DNA of 64,000 bases, taken from assembly GCA_003971905.1 (NCBI GenBank), contig RSEE01000092.1, forward strand, positions 124,001 to 188,000, read 5' to 3'. Below the pieces are notes generated by a model. It was given only the letters and a program-made list of their open reading frames with translations, was not told the DNA's origin and did no database searches. The translations under genes and the position numbers were made by a program. Each line of letters begins with the position of its first letter. Within the stretch, counting starts at the first letter, position 1. The DNA is from Moniliella sp. 'wahieum' (taxonomy: Eukaryota). This document shows positions 13,074 through 25,805 of this stretch, piece by piece.

Positions 13074-14528
13074 GGGGGGGCTACGGTAGCCACTCTCCCT
13101 CTGTCCACAGTGGCACCCCCCCCACCCCCTATACCCCCTCTTGTCATCATGTCATACGGGAGAGTATGATTGTCTACCTGGGCCTCCACGGCCAGGACCT
13201 CCGAGTCTGTACCAATCTGTACCAATCCACTCTCCCTCGGGGCTTTCCTATCTGTTCTGAGCGTCGGGGGGGTCGTAGCTACTAAAGCGTGATGCATGTA
13301 TTCCAACGTGGGAACGTGGGCACGCACGAGGCGCCCGGGAAATGGGCTGGCATTGGGAGGTGCACAAGGGTGGTTTCGATTGGATGGGGGAGTACAGGGG
13401 ATGGATCGAACCATGGCAACATATCAACATGCAACATCGAAAAGCAAAACAGCAAAACATGAGAACCTTGGTCAAACATTGGGCACGGCAGCGGATGGTA
13501 TACTGTGGGACAGTCCCCGCGCGTCCTAGCAGTGGCGCGCCATCATCCCCGGTCTCATCATGCTGTGTATCATGCTGCCATCAGTTCTGGCGTCCTAACC
13601 CCCTAGTAACAACAGTAGTATCATCTTTGCCTTCTTGTGGTTTTCCACTGGGATCTGGCAGCTGAATCAGCCTGGTCTTATTTGCATCCCACAGACATGT
13701 CCCTGGCTGGTATCTTCCCTTGGAGGCCGTGGAATTATCGATTGGTGTATCAGCAGATCTTCCCGCGCTTTGACTCGCAATGCCCCCCCGGGATTCACGT
13801 TGGTTGTTCGTTTTCCGTTGTCTTCGCTGCCTCTGCAGTTTACTCGTGTGTGTGGGTGCCATGAGGTTTTACACCACCATCTCATGGTATCATGCCTGGC
13901 AATTAGTAGAAACCTGTTGATCTCGTTACAACTTCTTCGTTGGTATCCCCATGATGGTTGGATACTACTGAGACTGAGGTAGATGCACACTATATAGATG
14001 GTCATCTGTAACTAGTACTAGTACTTGGTAACTCTATAAGCTATCCTTCTCTCAGCCCCTCCCGTGTCGTGACCACCACACCCTCATCCTCTTCGCTCTA
14101 CTACATACTTAAACTCCTCACCGCTCTTATCGTCTGGTGTGCTACTCCCTACTATACGCAGCCGGTGTGTTGCTAGTGCCAAGTCCACGGCGCAGCAGTT
14201 CTCCCGGTCGGAGGGGTGACACGTGCGCTACATTCTGGTTACGGAAGCCGGGAGATGGGCTGATGATCGTCTCCTAGGGCGAGGGCAGACGGCAGACTTG
14301 GACTGGGCGAATCGGTTGGGGGTGCATTGGATGGTACCGATGCAACCACGGGTCTAGCCTACATAGGATTAGGTAGGTCCTCGGGGACGACATGAAGGTG
14401 ATGGAGAAAGGGGTCATTTACTGCGAAACAGGACGAAGAAAAGAATGGGGACCCTCCGACTCGTCAGGCGTCATGTCGGAAGGCTAGCATCAGAGCATAG
14501 CTGTCAGAGAGCGAGAGTGTGTTTGGAG

Positions 14529-14532
<4 letters not shown>

Positions 14533-14590
<58 letters not shown>

Positions 14591-14592
14591 AG
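14533..14592 (+). repeat. (GA)n microsatellite downstream of the sedolisin gene
   Basis: GA dinucleotide run seen directly. Confidence 0.9.
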
Positions 14593-14738
14593 GGAAAAAG
14601 GAGAGGTACGATTCAAGAAAAGAGTGTCCCTCGTTGAGTCCAACGAGTATATGTGATCAAGCATGTTATCCGACCGAGCGTCAAGAAAGCATTGATCATT
14701 GGTCCCGTCTTGGGCCGGTGCCGACTTCCTTGCCCCTC

Positions 14739-16565
14739 TTAAAGGTTAAAGGTGACGATCTTCTCCAACTTTTCGTAATCGGGGGTACCGAGGCCCGTGA
14801 CGGCGTCCCAGCCCTTTTTGGCCGGGAAGCCCTGGTTGGCCGGGGCGGGCAGCTCGGCGCACCCGGCCGACGAACCGGAAACAATGTCGTTCAAGCCGGC
14901 CTGGCCACGCTTGTAGAGCAACGGGTTGACAAACCCGAGCGAAGGGATGCCCTTGGCTGCACGAGCATCGTTCAACAAGGCCAACACACGGCTGCAAACG
15001 TCGGAGTGGCAGCGGACGTGCCACCGACCAAACCCACTTACCCCCAACTCGAATCAGGTACTTGGACCCTTGCGCCGATACGTCCGGCACACCCCGCCCC
15101 GAAGCATTGTAGTACGGTTTCAGCGCATCGTCCAAGCCAGCCACGTAGGCGCCCACAGCGGCTTCTTGGTACCACGGACGCTTGAAGAGACCAGTGGAGA
15201 ACCCACCGCCACTGTAGAAACCAGCAACGTCGGCGCCCACAGCCACCTCGGGCGCGTACGCTTGCGTCGCACCGACCGACAGGGCCCAGGGGCAGGTCGA
15301 AGGGAACTGCGGCAGGAACGTCTTCTTGCCATTGACCTCGCATGCGTCCTTGGCGCCCACACCATAGTCGCCCGAAGCAAACACGGCCGTGGTACCACGG
15401 ACCGTGACGAGGAGAATGTCCTGGCAAACACGCCGAGCATAGGAAGGCGCGACCGAGTACTCGTCGTCGTCGTACGAGTGGGAAACGACTTGCGGCAAGT
15501 GCTCATCGGGCAAGTTGAGTAGATGCTCGAGCAACGCTGCGTACGGCTCATTGGTGTTGCTGGGCGTGTCGGTTTGGTTGACCCAAGAACCGCGACCACC
15601 AACCGAGTAGTAGGTCGTTGGCACGGGGTAGGACAAGAGCGCAGCTTGAACGTCCAAGTTGGCCTCCACACCGGCCGCGGCAACCGACTGGTTGTTCGTG
15701 CCGCCGTTGACGGTGAGCGTCTTGTACGCAAACTGCTTGGCGTAGGGCGCGAGACGGTCCTTGAACTCAGCATAGTCCTGGTAGTTGGCCCACTCCTCGA
15801 GGAAACCCGCAATGGCCAATCGCGATGCGCCCGTCTTGGCTTGCAAGGTGGCGTTGGGGGTCTTGTACAGCTCCTGGACGCACGGGAGCGTGGTCGCATT
15901 CAGCTGGCACGAGGCCGGGGCGCCGTTCTGGCTCGACTGGGACGAAAGCGAGACGCGCGCCGAGTCAAACAGGTCACTTTCAAACCCATTGAAAATGTTG
16001 GTGGCGCGCTGGCTGCGCGGACGACCAAAGTTGGTGGAAGGGTAGACAACGTCAATGTGGTCAGCGACCGACCGGGGCAGGTTCACCTCCTCGGTCCGGA
16101 CCACCACCTCGCCCGTCTCGCGGTGCTGGTACGTGTGGAACTGGGAGCCGAGCAGGTCGCGCGCTTGGCCGTAGGTGGTGTGGACTGTAATGTAGTCGCC
16201 GGCCACGGAGCGACGGGCAACGTCGTCCTGCAAGCCGTGCTCGGCGAGCCAGTCGGCGACAGCAGCGCGAGCCTGGGCCGAAGGCGCCGTCAGCCCATCC
16301 ACCTCGTCCTTGCTGAGCCACTGGCCGTACTGGGCACTGTCGGGATCGCTCACTTGCTGGATCTTGGCTTCGAGCTGGTCGATGCCGCGGCGCGCAAGGC
16401 CGAGGCGGAAGGTGGCTGGCGTTTCGTCGGCGACGGCGGCGCGGCGCACCCAGCCACGGGAGCAACAACACGCTCCTTGAGCACCATGTCGCGCGGAATC
16501 GCAACGGCATCGACGCCGCTGGCGACGACGGCCAGGGCAAGCGCAACGAGGGGAGCAAGCTTCAT
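14739..16565 (-). CDS. Secreted S53 serine-carboxyl peptidase (sedolisin/tripeptidyl-peptidase/aorsin type); intronless, indels near 16450 and 15040
   Basis: Signal peptide MKLAPLVALALAVVASGVDA; prodomain VSDPDSAQYGQWLS; catalytic EANLD, oxyanion SGDYG, GRGVPDVSAQG, nucleophile GGTSAATP; LGFVNPLLY; Ca-binding GWDAVTGLGTP. Confidence 0.93.
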
Positions 16566-18684
16566 CGGTGGGGGCGTAGCCGGTTAGGGGGGGCGAGAGG
16601 CGGAAGGCAGGGGCGCGTCGGGGCGCAGAGGGGTTAGGCTGCTAGTATTTATGGCGCCGGGAGCAGGTCATCGGCCGGCGGCAGGGGGGCGCAGTGCGCG
16701 TCAGCGCTCAGCTGAGCCCTGCTGAGGCTGCCGCCACGGTCGATGATGCAATGGCCGATGATGGCATGTGCAGCGCAGGGGCAGTGTCCCAGCGCGGCCA
16801 CATGGTGAGGCCGGGGGGGACGACAGGACGCGACACTGGCGCCGTGCGGGCGTTGGGGGATGATCAGCGGGATATCCGAGTGCCGTGCCAAGCGCACATG
16901 GCGGCAGGGCGCCCGTGTCGCACGCATGATTCGACCGACGACAGGCGCTGTGCGGGGGGTGCAGCGTGCGGTGCGGGGCGGCACTGCCTGAAGCAGCAGG
17001 CTGCAGGGGGTGGCTCGTCACGCGTCACGCGTCACACGTCAGTGCGACAGTGCGCCCGTACGGAGCCGCAGACGAGGCACGGAGCATGCGCGGGTTCGGG
17101 GGCGCACAGGGCGAGTGTGCGGCTGCTGAGCTGAGCGTAGCTCTACGGAACGCTTCGCTTAGCGCAGCACTCGGAGTATGGATGGAGTATGGATCCCAGA
17201 TGGCCGATGCTCCTTCGGGCGGTTTGCCTTGGCTGGCTTGGCACCTTGGCTTCGCTTGGCTCCTCGGCATCGCCGCCATGGAGCATCGACGCACGCCTCA
17301 GGGCAGGAACGAGCGGAGGTCCATGCGTTATAGGCGGCGGAGTGGCCGAAGAGGTTGCTGGTCGAAGCAATGGAGCTTGCGCAGTCCCTACGTCGACGGA
17401 CCATGCGGTAGCCACAGCACCCCGCAGCCCCTGTGCCTTACTTGGTCACCGAGATAGTCCGTGCGACAGGTGCATTGTGTGTGGGTCTTGAAGCTTGTGG
17501 TGGTATATACGACACCTGTTGCACCGTGTGCTGGCCATCTGCACTCCCCCGTTGCTTCGGCAGACGTCATCTTCACTTGGCTCCAAGAGGACATGGGAGG
17601 CAGCATGGCAGATGCACATTGCATCGTGTATCCTCACCCTGTTACTCATCAAACCTCAGACCTCAGACGGATAGGATGGAGCGCACATGGTTGCTCGCTT
17701 GGGGCCCTCGGGCCTTGTCTCTAAAAAAGAAGAACAAGAACCTCTGTGCTGTGTCTCGTACCTGCCATATGCATACCACATGATCGATGAGCATCAATCA
17801 CCGGTCACCGGTAACCTCGCCCGTCCCCATCGAACGAACGACCTCAGGAGATGGCTCAGCCTCATCGATCATCGACCACATCCCCACAGCTCCTACTAGC
17901 TTGTGGAGCTAGGCTACTAGATACTTCTCCTAAGATACTTCTCAATCTCACACCGTCACCCCCTCCCACTTCGTGATACCCCCTTTTGTTGTGTCCAGTA
18001 CACACAGTCAAAGCCAGGAAGCACATTGCATCCAAAGTTTATCGAGTTCATCAAGCTCAAGCCTCGTCACATGTCACAGTCACACAAAACGTCAACCGTC
18101 GAAGCGATTGCGAGAGCCTGAAAACGGTCTGCGCTCTAGCCTCTGCTCTAGCATAACAGCTCAGCTCAGCCTCTGCCGAGCTCCTCCTCTTAGATCTTAC
18201 TGGTTTAGCCACTGCACTCCTCTTTTCTTCTTCCGCGGTCAATGCAAATGGGGAAGAGAGTATATCCCGGCAATGCATTATCATCCCCAGCTTTCTTGTC
18301 CCATGTCATACGGATAGAGATAAGATATGAGGGACGGGAACCAAGTGGGAGCATCCTGGTGGGATCGATAGTCTGCACCATACACTGTGGTGGTTAATAC
18401 GCAACCCTCTTCCGCCCCGAAGGAGGACCGCCGGGGGGGGGCGCATAACGTTTTGCTGGTTCCCAGCCTTACCCCCCCGGTCGCACAACCTGCATCAAAT
18501 GAACCCACACTAACCTCGTCGGGATCGTGTGGGCTCATAGGTCAGATGCATCAGGGGAGGAGGAACCAAGACCCATGTAGCGAGGCGCACCGATGTCGCT
18601 CTTTCGCTTCGCCAGTCCCACGTTGGAGGCAAAGAAGTTGGGGTTCAGTGGGAAAGAAGGACCCCCATCGCTCCATCCTCATCC

Positions 18685-18833
18685 TTCATCTTCATCTTCA
18701 TCTTCATCTTCATCTTCATCTTCATCTTCATCTTCATCTTCATCTTCATCTTCATCTTCATCTTCATCTTCATCTTCATCTTCATCTTCATCTTCATCTT
18801 CATCTTCATCTTCATCTTCATCATCATCTTCAT
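18685..18833 (+). repeat. (TTCATC)n hexamer microsatellite, ~24 units, just 3' of the TFIIIA stop codon
   Basis: Near-perfect hexamer array seen directly. Confidence 0.95.
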
Positions 18834-18852
18834 TCACAATAAACGTCATCCC

Positions 18853-20976
18853 TCACTTGCCTTTTTGATCGTACAGCACCTCCACCTCCTCCGGACTAAG
18901 CTCGACCCCATGTGCCGCACGCACGTGGCGCCGCACATCGTACAAACGCGCAAAACGGGCGTTGCACACCTCGCTCCCAGCTGGCGGCGCATCCTCCTCC
19001 TCCTCCTCTTGGTCCACTTCCTCCACTTCGTCCCCCTCCTCCTCCTCCTCAACTTCCCGCCGATGACCGTGCTTCTGCACATACTCGTCACCCCCTCCTC
19101 CTCCCTATCCTCCTCCTGATCCTCATCGGGGAGTTGCTGCTCTTGCCGCGGCTTGACTCGACCAGGTTGACCCGTACCTTCCTGCCCAGCTTGTTGGTCC
19201 ACACGAGCTCGCGTCCCGCGCAAAACAGGGACTCGCACTTGCGCCCGCAGCTGCCCGATCTGCGCCCAGGGACAAGCAAAGGTACGTACACTCGGTCGAC
19301 GTGTACGTCGGCGCTGGGGCAGCGGCGTGGTTTGGAACTGAGGACAGATTCGCTGGTGCTTGAGTAGGAGATGTTTGTGCGCAAATCGTTGCCCACAGCC
19401 GCGCTGTTCAGCCGGCTGCGAGGATGGCGGCACAGAGGGCGGTGGCGAGGCAGGTACAGCCGCAGAGGGAGGGTGGAAAGAGGATAAATATTTGGGCGAC
19501 GAGGATGTGGTAAGAGGGGTGGCAGGTGAGGGGTGGGACTGGGACTGGGGTTGCGATTGCGGTTGTGATGGCGGTTGCGGTTGCGGTTGCGGTTGCGGTT
19601 GGGCCTTGGCCAAGACGAGAGCTAAGGGATCGGGACCACAGACAAAAGGCCGGATTTTAAGGTGATGAACACGTACGTGCACATCCAACGCTTTCTTTGA
19701 CCCGTACCGCTTATCACACCCACTTGCTGCGTACATGCACGCATACCCTTCCAACTCCTGTGGTTGTTCTTGGCTTGTGCTTGTCCTGGGCCTAGTGCGG
19801 CGCCTGACCCTTGATCCTGGCCTGAGGGGACGAAGCAAGAGACGGCCGTCCCCCAGATGGATGGTGAGGCGCAGGTGCAGTATGCCGTTTCACATGCGCA
19901 TTGCGCGCTCCGCGCGAAGCAAATGTACGCCCTTGACATTGCGGGTACGGGCAGCGCGGGGGGTGGGCAGACTTCATGTGCTGTTGCAGAGCGCTCCAGG
20001 TGGGAAAAGTGAGAGTTGTACTACCCCTACAACTGGGGTTGGGGACCGCTGTGCCGCGACCAACCTCGGCGTCGGGCGCAGCCGGTGCCGATGCCGGTTC
20101 CGGTGCTGCATCGGGAGTTTTGGTATCGTCAGGAGTGTGGGGAAGGGCACAGGTGTACCGTCCTGGCTGGTGAGTTTTAGCATGCGCACGGCGCTTAGCG
20201 AGGGAAGGGAACAGTTTCCCACACCCGGCTCGGGACAGGGGAAGCCACCTACCGCCGACCCCACCTGTCCTGACGAGGACGCCGCGCAAGACCCAAGCGC
20301 GGCAGGAGACACGGCATGCGCATCCCACATGTGCGCACGCAGTCGTAGCCGCTTGGTAAAGCGCTGGTCACATTCCGTGCATGCGTACTTGGCCCCGCTG
20401 GGTCCCGGGCGCGAAGCGTCAGGTTCAGAGCCATGCACCTGCTGCATATGCGTCCGTAAGTGCTGCGCCGTTACAAAGCGTTTGCCACACGTCTGCACGG
20501 GCGGGCGCGCCGCCAGACGCGCAAGACCCACCGGTAGCACGGCAGGGAGCGGACAGATGTGTTCGCCACCCTGCTGGGCGCGGAGTCAGCGCGGCTGCTG
20601 GGCAGCCGGGGGGGGAGCAGGGCTCTTGCGGCGTGGGCGGTTGGCCAGCCGCGTCGGCCGCGGGGGCACCGAGGCAGAAACAGAGGCGGAAGATGAGGCG
20701 GGGTGCTTGAAGGCGGCATGGGCCTTGAGGTGCTCGTTGCGCTTGAACTGGGCGCCACACAACCCACACGCATATGGCCGCTCGCCGGTGTGGGTGCGGA
20801 GGTGGCGGGTGAGCTTGCCGCGGTGAGCGAAGCGTTGCTCGCAGCCTGGTTCGGGGCAGACGAGGATGGTGCGCCGGGGCGCCTTGGCCTTCTTGGCAGG
20901 CAGCAGAGGGGGCCTCCGACGGCGGCGGAGAGCGCTTGTGTGGGTGCGGCGACGTGGCGGGCGTGGCCGTCGACAT
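18853..20976 (-). CDS. PZF1: Multi-C2H2 zinc-finger protein, most likely transcription factor IIIA (5S rRNA gene factor); frameshifted
   Basis: About 9-10 fingers across chained ORFs: [34 protein letters not shown]...[52 protein letters not shown]...[26 protein letters not shown]...[13 protein letters not shown]...[40 protein letters not shown]. Finger count and the FPTWS.LQ.H motif fit fungal TFIIIA. Confidence 0.78.
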
Positions 20977-21129
20977 GGAGCGGAGGTGGCAGCGGAGACC
21001 AAGAGTGGCAGGCAGGTTGCGACGCTAGTAAGTGCACGTCGCGACGGACCAGCGCGACTTGTCGGTGTCATTGATTGTGCGGTAGGTAGTACCCAGCGCG
21101 CCGGTTGCACCGATCCTGCAAAAATTTTA

Positions 21130-21214
21130 CGCCCCACGTGGGACTCGAACCCACAACCGTGAGATGGACCTCCTGAATAAGAGTCTCAAATTCTACCGAT
21201 TGAAATAGCGAGGC
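21130..21214 (-). tRNA. tRNA-Lys(CTT) with 12-nt intron (21177-21166) and atypical D-arm
   Basis: Minus strand: GCCTCGC TA TTTC AATCGGTA GAAT T TGAGA CT CTT A [TTCAGGAGGTCC] A TCTCA CGGTT GTGGG TTCGAGT CCCAC GTGGGGC G. Mature length 73 nt, intron after position 37, intact B-box, T5 terminator 5 nt downstream. Confidence 0.88.
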
Positions 21215-21412
21215 TGTATGTGTGGAGGGCTGGAATACGGGTATCGACATGGGACAACTCTATGCCTGTCTCTTCTGCATCTAATGCCTGCTCTACTCTA
21301 TGTGTCACCGCCGTCAATGCCTCCCTCCCTCGCCTCCCCCTCTGCATAGCGCCAGAGGCGAATCTCACATGAACGAGCAAATCGAATACAACAAAAGCAC
21401 AGCCCTGCCGCC

Positions 21413-22280
21413 CTACTCCACCGCCTTCCACAGTTGGTCAGCCATGGCGAGCGGGGAGATATCCTCGCGGCGCATGTGGTCGGAGAGACGTTGACCAAGA
21501 TGGAGCTGTCACGCGACGACGAGGAGAGCGTCAGCTCATCAAACGTGCTGCCATCCGTCTTGTATAGTGGCCTGAATCCCATCTGACGCAAGATCTTGAG
21601 TGTGATCCTGCCGTTCATCGTGTCAAGTCAGTCCTCTTTATCTTACGTAGACGTATGTGTGTTGAAGGAGAGGGGAGGGGGGAGGGGGACGTACGCGTTG
21701 GGGTCTAGCTCGACACCTTCTGCTGGATCTTTCTGATCCAGCTGTTCTACCTGCTCCTCCATGGCATCTTTCGCTTGTTCCAGCCGTTCAATCTGTGCTT
21801 GCAAGTCGGCATTCGCTTTGGCCATGGCAAACTTTTCCGTGTGCAGACGATCAATCTCTTGCGCATGCATCTCGGCCGTACGCCAATCCCGAATACCCCG
21901 GGCGGAATTGGCCTTGATCAACTCGACTTGACGTTGCAGTCCATCGCGCTCGTCTCGCGCCGCTTGCAGCTCGGCTCGACGCGTCTCCTCAATCGTCTTC
22001 TTGGTACTCTTCAGCTCACGCAGCACATCCAAATCGTCCACACTTTTCAATCGCGACTTTAACGTGGGAAGCATCTCTCTTCATCCGCACCAAGGGTCAG
22101 CTCAGGCCGTTGGCTCTGCACGTTTTCACCCCCCCCCCCCCTTCCCCACCGCAACCAATGTGCGCGAGGAAAGGGAAAGGGAAAGGGAAGAAGAGCATGG
22201 GAGAAGAGAACGTACAGGACCTCGTCCAGCTCGCACATAGGCGCCTGGCGCGGCGCAGCTTCTGTCTCTTGTTTGGGCAT
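21413..22280 (-). CDS. SPC24: Kinetochore Ndc80-complex subunit Spc24-like protein; 3 exons
   Basis: Coiled coil followed by ITLKILRQMGF...ISPLAMADQLWKAVE*, resembling the Spc24 C-terminal domain. Introns ~22215-22079 and 21694-21608 (GTACGT...CTGAC...AG) join in frame. One indel in the last exon. Confidence 0.72.
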
Positions 22281-23801
22281 GAGAAGCGGTGGTGGTGGTT
22301 GGGTGCTCCCCGGCCAGCCACCTGCCCTCCCCAAGGTTGACGGCGTTGACCGTACGTCTACGCGCCGGTCACGTGCCATGATCGATGATCCAAGCGGCGT
22401 GCATCCGCACACAGGTGCAGCGCCAAATAAAGTTGTATAGTACTGCGGAACGGGAGGGGCGGAATAAAAAGCCGATCCCGGTGATTACTGGGACGCCCGA
22501 CGTGTGACCTGGTGAGGTCACCTGACCGGCCTGCCTAGCCGGCCGGTGACCGGATACCACGGCCCGGCCCCATGGACTATAGTATGTTCTTCTTTTTGGT
22601 TTCCGTTTTTTCTTTGACCAACACGGTACATTCGGCAACAAGTGTGAGCTCGCGCAGGCAAGTACGCAGCGGCGTGCTCGAGGTGGAAAGCAGTGGGATG
22701 ATTGACCCGCGCCAGGTATCCCCACCACCTTCGCCACCTTCACCACCTTCGCCACCTTCACCACCTTCACCATTCCTGTCCTCTCCTCTCTCCTCTTCCC
22801 CTCTTCTCTCTCCTCTTCTCTCTTCTCTCTCTCCTCTCCTCTCCCCGTGATGTTGCTGTGGTCCCAGTGAATGATACTCACCTATCCGTTGGACAAGGCG
22901 ATGGAGCTGCTGAAGAGCAAGTTGCCCAGTCCCTATATCTCCTTGTCCACCGTCCAGCGGTACGCGCTAGAAACTCTTTCTCCATCCGTGACCAGATCAC
23001 GATTACGGAGATCAACATTTTTTTTCGACGTGGGTGCACAACTTCGATGAATTTGATGGCAGGCGGCGGGGTATGCGTCGCTTGGCCGCAAATAACTGAG
23101 GTTTCCCGCGCCAAGGGCATGGAGCCTGCCGCTGCGACGGCGGCGCCCACGGCTACGGCTACGTTACCGACCGGCCTTGCCGGATATGGCAAGGTTAAGA
23201 ACGGACATGGTGGAAGCGTAATGCATGCATGGTGCATGGCAGAGGACAAGTGGCAACAAGTACAATAAGGAGTGGAATAGTAATAGGCTAACTAGTAACT
23301 GTTGTTAAGCATGCAAGAGCCCCGACCAAGCTTGCGTGCCTAGCGTGAAAGGATGGGCGGAGCGGAGCGGAGCTGGTACCTGACAATAAGGTAGTCTGCA
23401 GGGATAACGCGATAACGCGTATAACGCGTAACGCATAGTAACGATAAAAGATGGGTTATTTGCACCACCTATGTGAGGAGGGAAGAACGTGGGGAAAGCG
23501 GGGAAGAGTAGAGACCGGGAAATATGACATGTGACATACATATGCTACAGGAAGCCAGAGGACCTGCTCTAGAGGTTCAAGTTGAACGGAAAGAGGGGAG
23601 AGTTGGGGGACATCGAACGGATCAGATGCCACGCCAAAGGGAAGAAAAGGCCGCGTGTAGTGTCCAAACAATGACCGGTGATCAGTAATCGGTGACCCTC
23701 CCCCCGTTTCCTCTCAGATCTCATTCCGCTAGAGGAAAGGGGCAGGGACATATGCCGGCCGACGGCAGGGACCAACAAGCAGAACACAGCCCGGAGGAAA
23801 G

Positions 23802-24338
23802 TTAGGTCCACAACCGCTTCAAAGCCCGTTTCCAACGACTTTGCGGGGTGCCGGTCCGGAGCTGTGGTGTGCGCGAAGAGTTGAGGAGAAGGGGCGGGGG
23901 AGCGGAGGAAGAAAGGAGAGGGGGGCGAGGTGGTGCGGCCAGGAACGGGAAAGAGCAGTGAGACCGGCAGCCTGGTCCATCATCCGGTCCAACGCAGCCT
24001 CGGCGAGTTGGTCGGCTTGCATCTGAGCGCGCTGGGCCGGGTAGATATAGACAAACCCTCCACGTGCCGTGAGGGTAGGCGAGTCGGACCGAACTGATCC
24101 AACGAGCGTGGCAGTGTCCGCATCCCACTCTTCCGTCCTGGCCCTACGAGGGGGTGGAGGAGCGGCGGACCGGGGAAGGACAAGATAAGGTGCCCGGTAA
24201 ACCGCGGCCGGATTGCCGCGGTGGTGGAGCGTGCGCCAAAGCCGTCGGCACGGTCCAACTCTTCCCGAGTAACACGCTGGGACGAGAGGAGTGCATGCCA
24301 ACGGGGCGGCAGAGGGCGGGATGGAGAGCAGTGGCCAT
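23802..24338 (-). CDS. Small hypothetical protein (frameshifted)
   Basis: ATG at 24338 downstream of a TATATA element (~24452-24458). Protein-like segment EEWDADTATLVGS...QADQLAEAALDRMMDQ; possible end SRWKRALKRLWT*. No family recognised. Confidence 0.4.
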
Positions 24339-24578
24339 GGCGGTGTGGTGGTGGTAGGGGTGGTGGTGGCGGCTGATGGCTCCCCCAGCCGGGTTGCGGA
24401 TGGGCGGTGGCCGGTGGGCAGGCAGCAGCGGATATAGTAGGCAGTGTGTGAATATATAGATCGACCACCCTAGTGGGCCAGTAGGGTTCGCCGCTCCGTG
24501 GCGTAGGCGCTGGGGCACACTCCCCTTCCGATTGCCCGTGGGCTTCCCAAACCTTTCCCGATTATCGATTACCAGGTA

Positions 24579-24604
24579 TTACCCGTTGCTAGTTATGTTA
24601 CCCG
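24579..24604 (+). promoter_or_regulatory. Tandem TTACCCG (Reb1-type) motifs in the divergent intergenic region
   Basis: Two TTACCCG copies ~19 bp apart; another near 25412. Function inferred only from the yeast Reb1 consensus. Confidence 0.3.
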
Positions 24605-25805
24605 CGCTAACCAGCTCCTAGTCATCTAGTTGCTAGTTACCGGGGCCCGGTCGGGGGCCGGTGCAGCCTTCGGGGTTTAAGTTGGCCCTTGAAGCTTGAA
24701 GCTTGAAGCAATCTTGACCCCATCTTGGCGCCGGCCGGCTGGCCCTTAAAACTCTCAGACTGAGTCTCCTCGTTTATTAATTTTCGATGGCACACGTAGC
24801 TTCTCCGACAGAGACCAAACACGGCACCTTCACTTCGCTCAGGCATCCCGGCCTGCTCCAAGTACGCTAGGTACGTTGCAGCGATGGTGATGCGCATGGC
24901 GCGCGCGTCCCGTGACTCATGGGGCCCAAAACGCCAGAGGTGGACGCGGTGTGGATGGATGGGTTGCCTGTGATTGATCTGATCTTCCCACAGACCCAGC
25001 CAGCGCAGTTTGATCGATGAGATCTGAGAGGCATGGAGATGGTGGTAGTGGTAGTGCGAGAGCTATCCGGGGTTGGGCCTCTGCGCTGGCCTTTTCTGAG
25101 GCCGACGGGGTTGCCAAGCCTGATGCGTGACGAAGGGGCGCAGATTGCAGTGTGACTCGCGGCGCCGGTCAAGTCCAGGGACAACGTGTTCAGCCAGGTT
25201 GGCATCCAGGGCAGATGGCTTCGCGGACCCACATACGAGTGGCCAAAAACATTGCCTCTTCCCCCCAGCAGGATGGCATGTCTGACCCCCTCTCCTACGT
25301 CTGTGCCTCTCCGACTCGTCCTCGTCGGCTCCACTCGTAACATTGCCCGCGGGCCCTATTACTACCCAGACCCTCAAGGTCTCAAAGCTCAACGAGCAAC
25401 GCGCTTAGCGCTTACCCGTCAACCAAGTCCAACGCGGCGTTGGTCTGGGCGCTGCTGCCCTCGCTGCCCTCGCTGGAGTGGCGGGCTGCCGTTCGTTGGA
25501 TACAAGAGGTTTGGGGCTGTGCACGGCGGATGATGGATGATGCGATGACCAATGGTCAGCGCGTGGGGTATCAGTAGGGGGAGGCTGAGGGGGCAGTAGG
25601 GTTGCGATGCGCACGGTCCACGCAGCACGGCACGCCAGCTGCCGCTTGCTCGTGCTTGCTAGTAGCGCTGCCAGGGGCAGCCCCCGCTACGCCCGCAGCC
25701 CCCGGGGCACACACCCACAACACACACCGATCCCATCCACCCGATCCCGCCGTCGCGACACCGCATCCGCCCCCTGCGTGTCCCTCTCCTTCTCCGGCCT
25801 GCCTC

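Noticed and set aside
14050..14395. RNase MRP (minus strand) or H/ACA snoRNA assignment for the structured region
   Set aside because: GTCCCCG and GGGGCTGA resemble the MRP P4 strands, but the GAAA of CR-I is missing and G-U pairs favour the + strand. An ACA follows a hairpin at 14361, but there is no H box or coherent rRNA guide.
14926..16587. Long plus-strand ORFs antisense to the sedolisin gene (similarly 19735-20826 and 39365-40177)
   Set aside because: Shadow ORFs caused by high GC3 codon bias of the real genes on the opposite strand.
16650..18600. Short ORFs between the sedolisin and TFIIIA genes
   Set aside because: No recognisable domains or consistent splice structure; treated as intergenic/promoter DNA.
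18593..18868. Poly-Ser, poly-(MK) and poly-(HL) ORFs
   Set aside because: All are translations of the (TTCATC)n microsatellite just past the TFIIIA stop codon.
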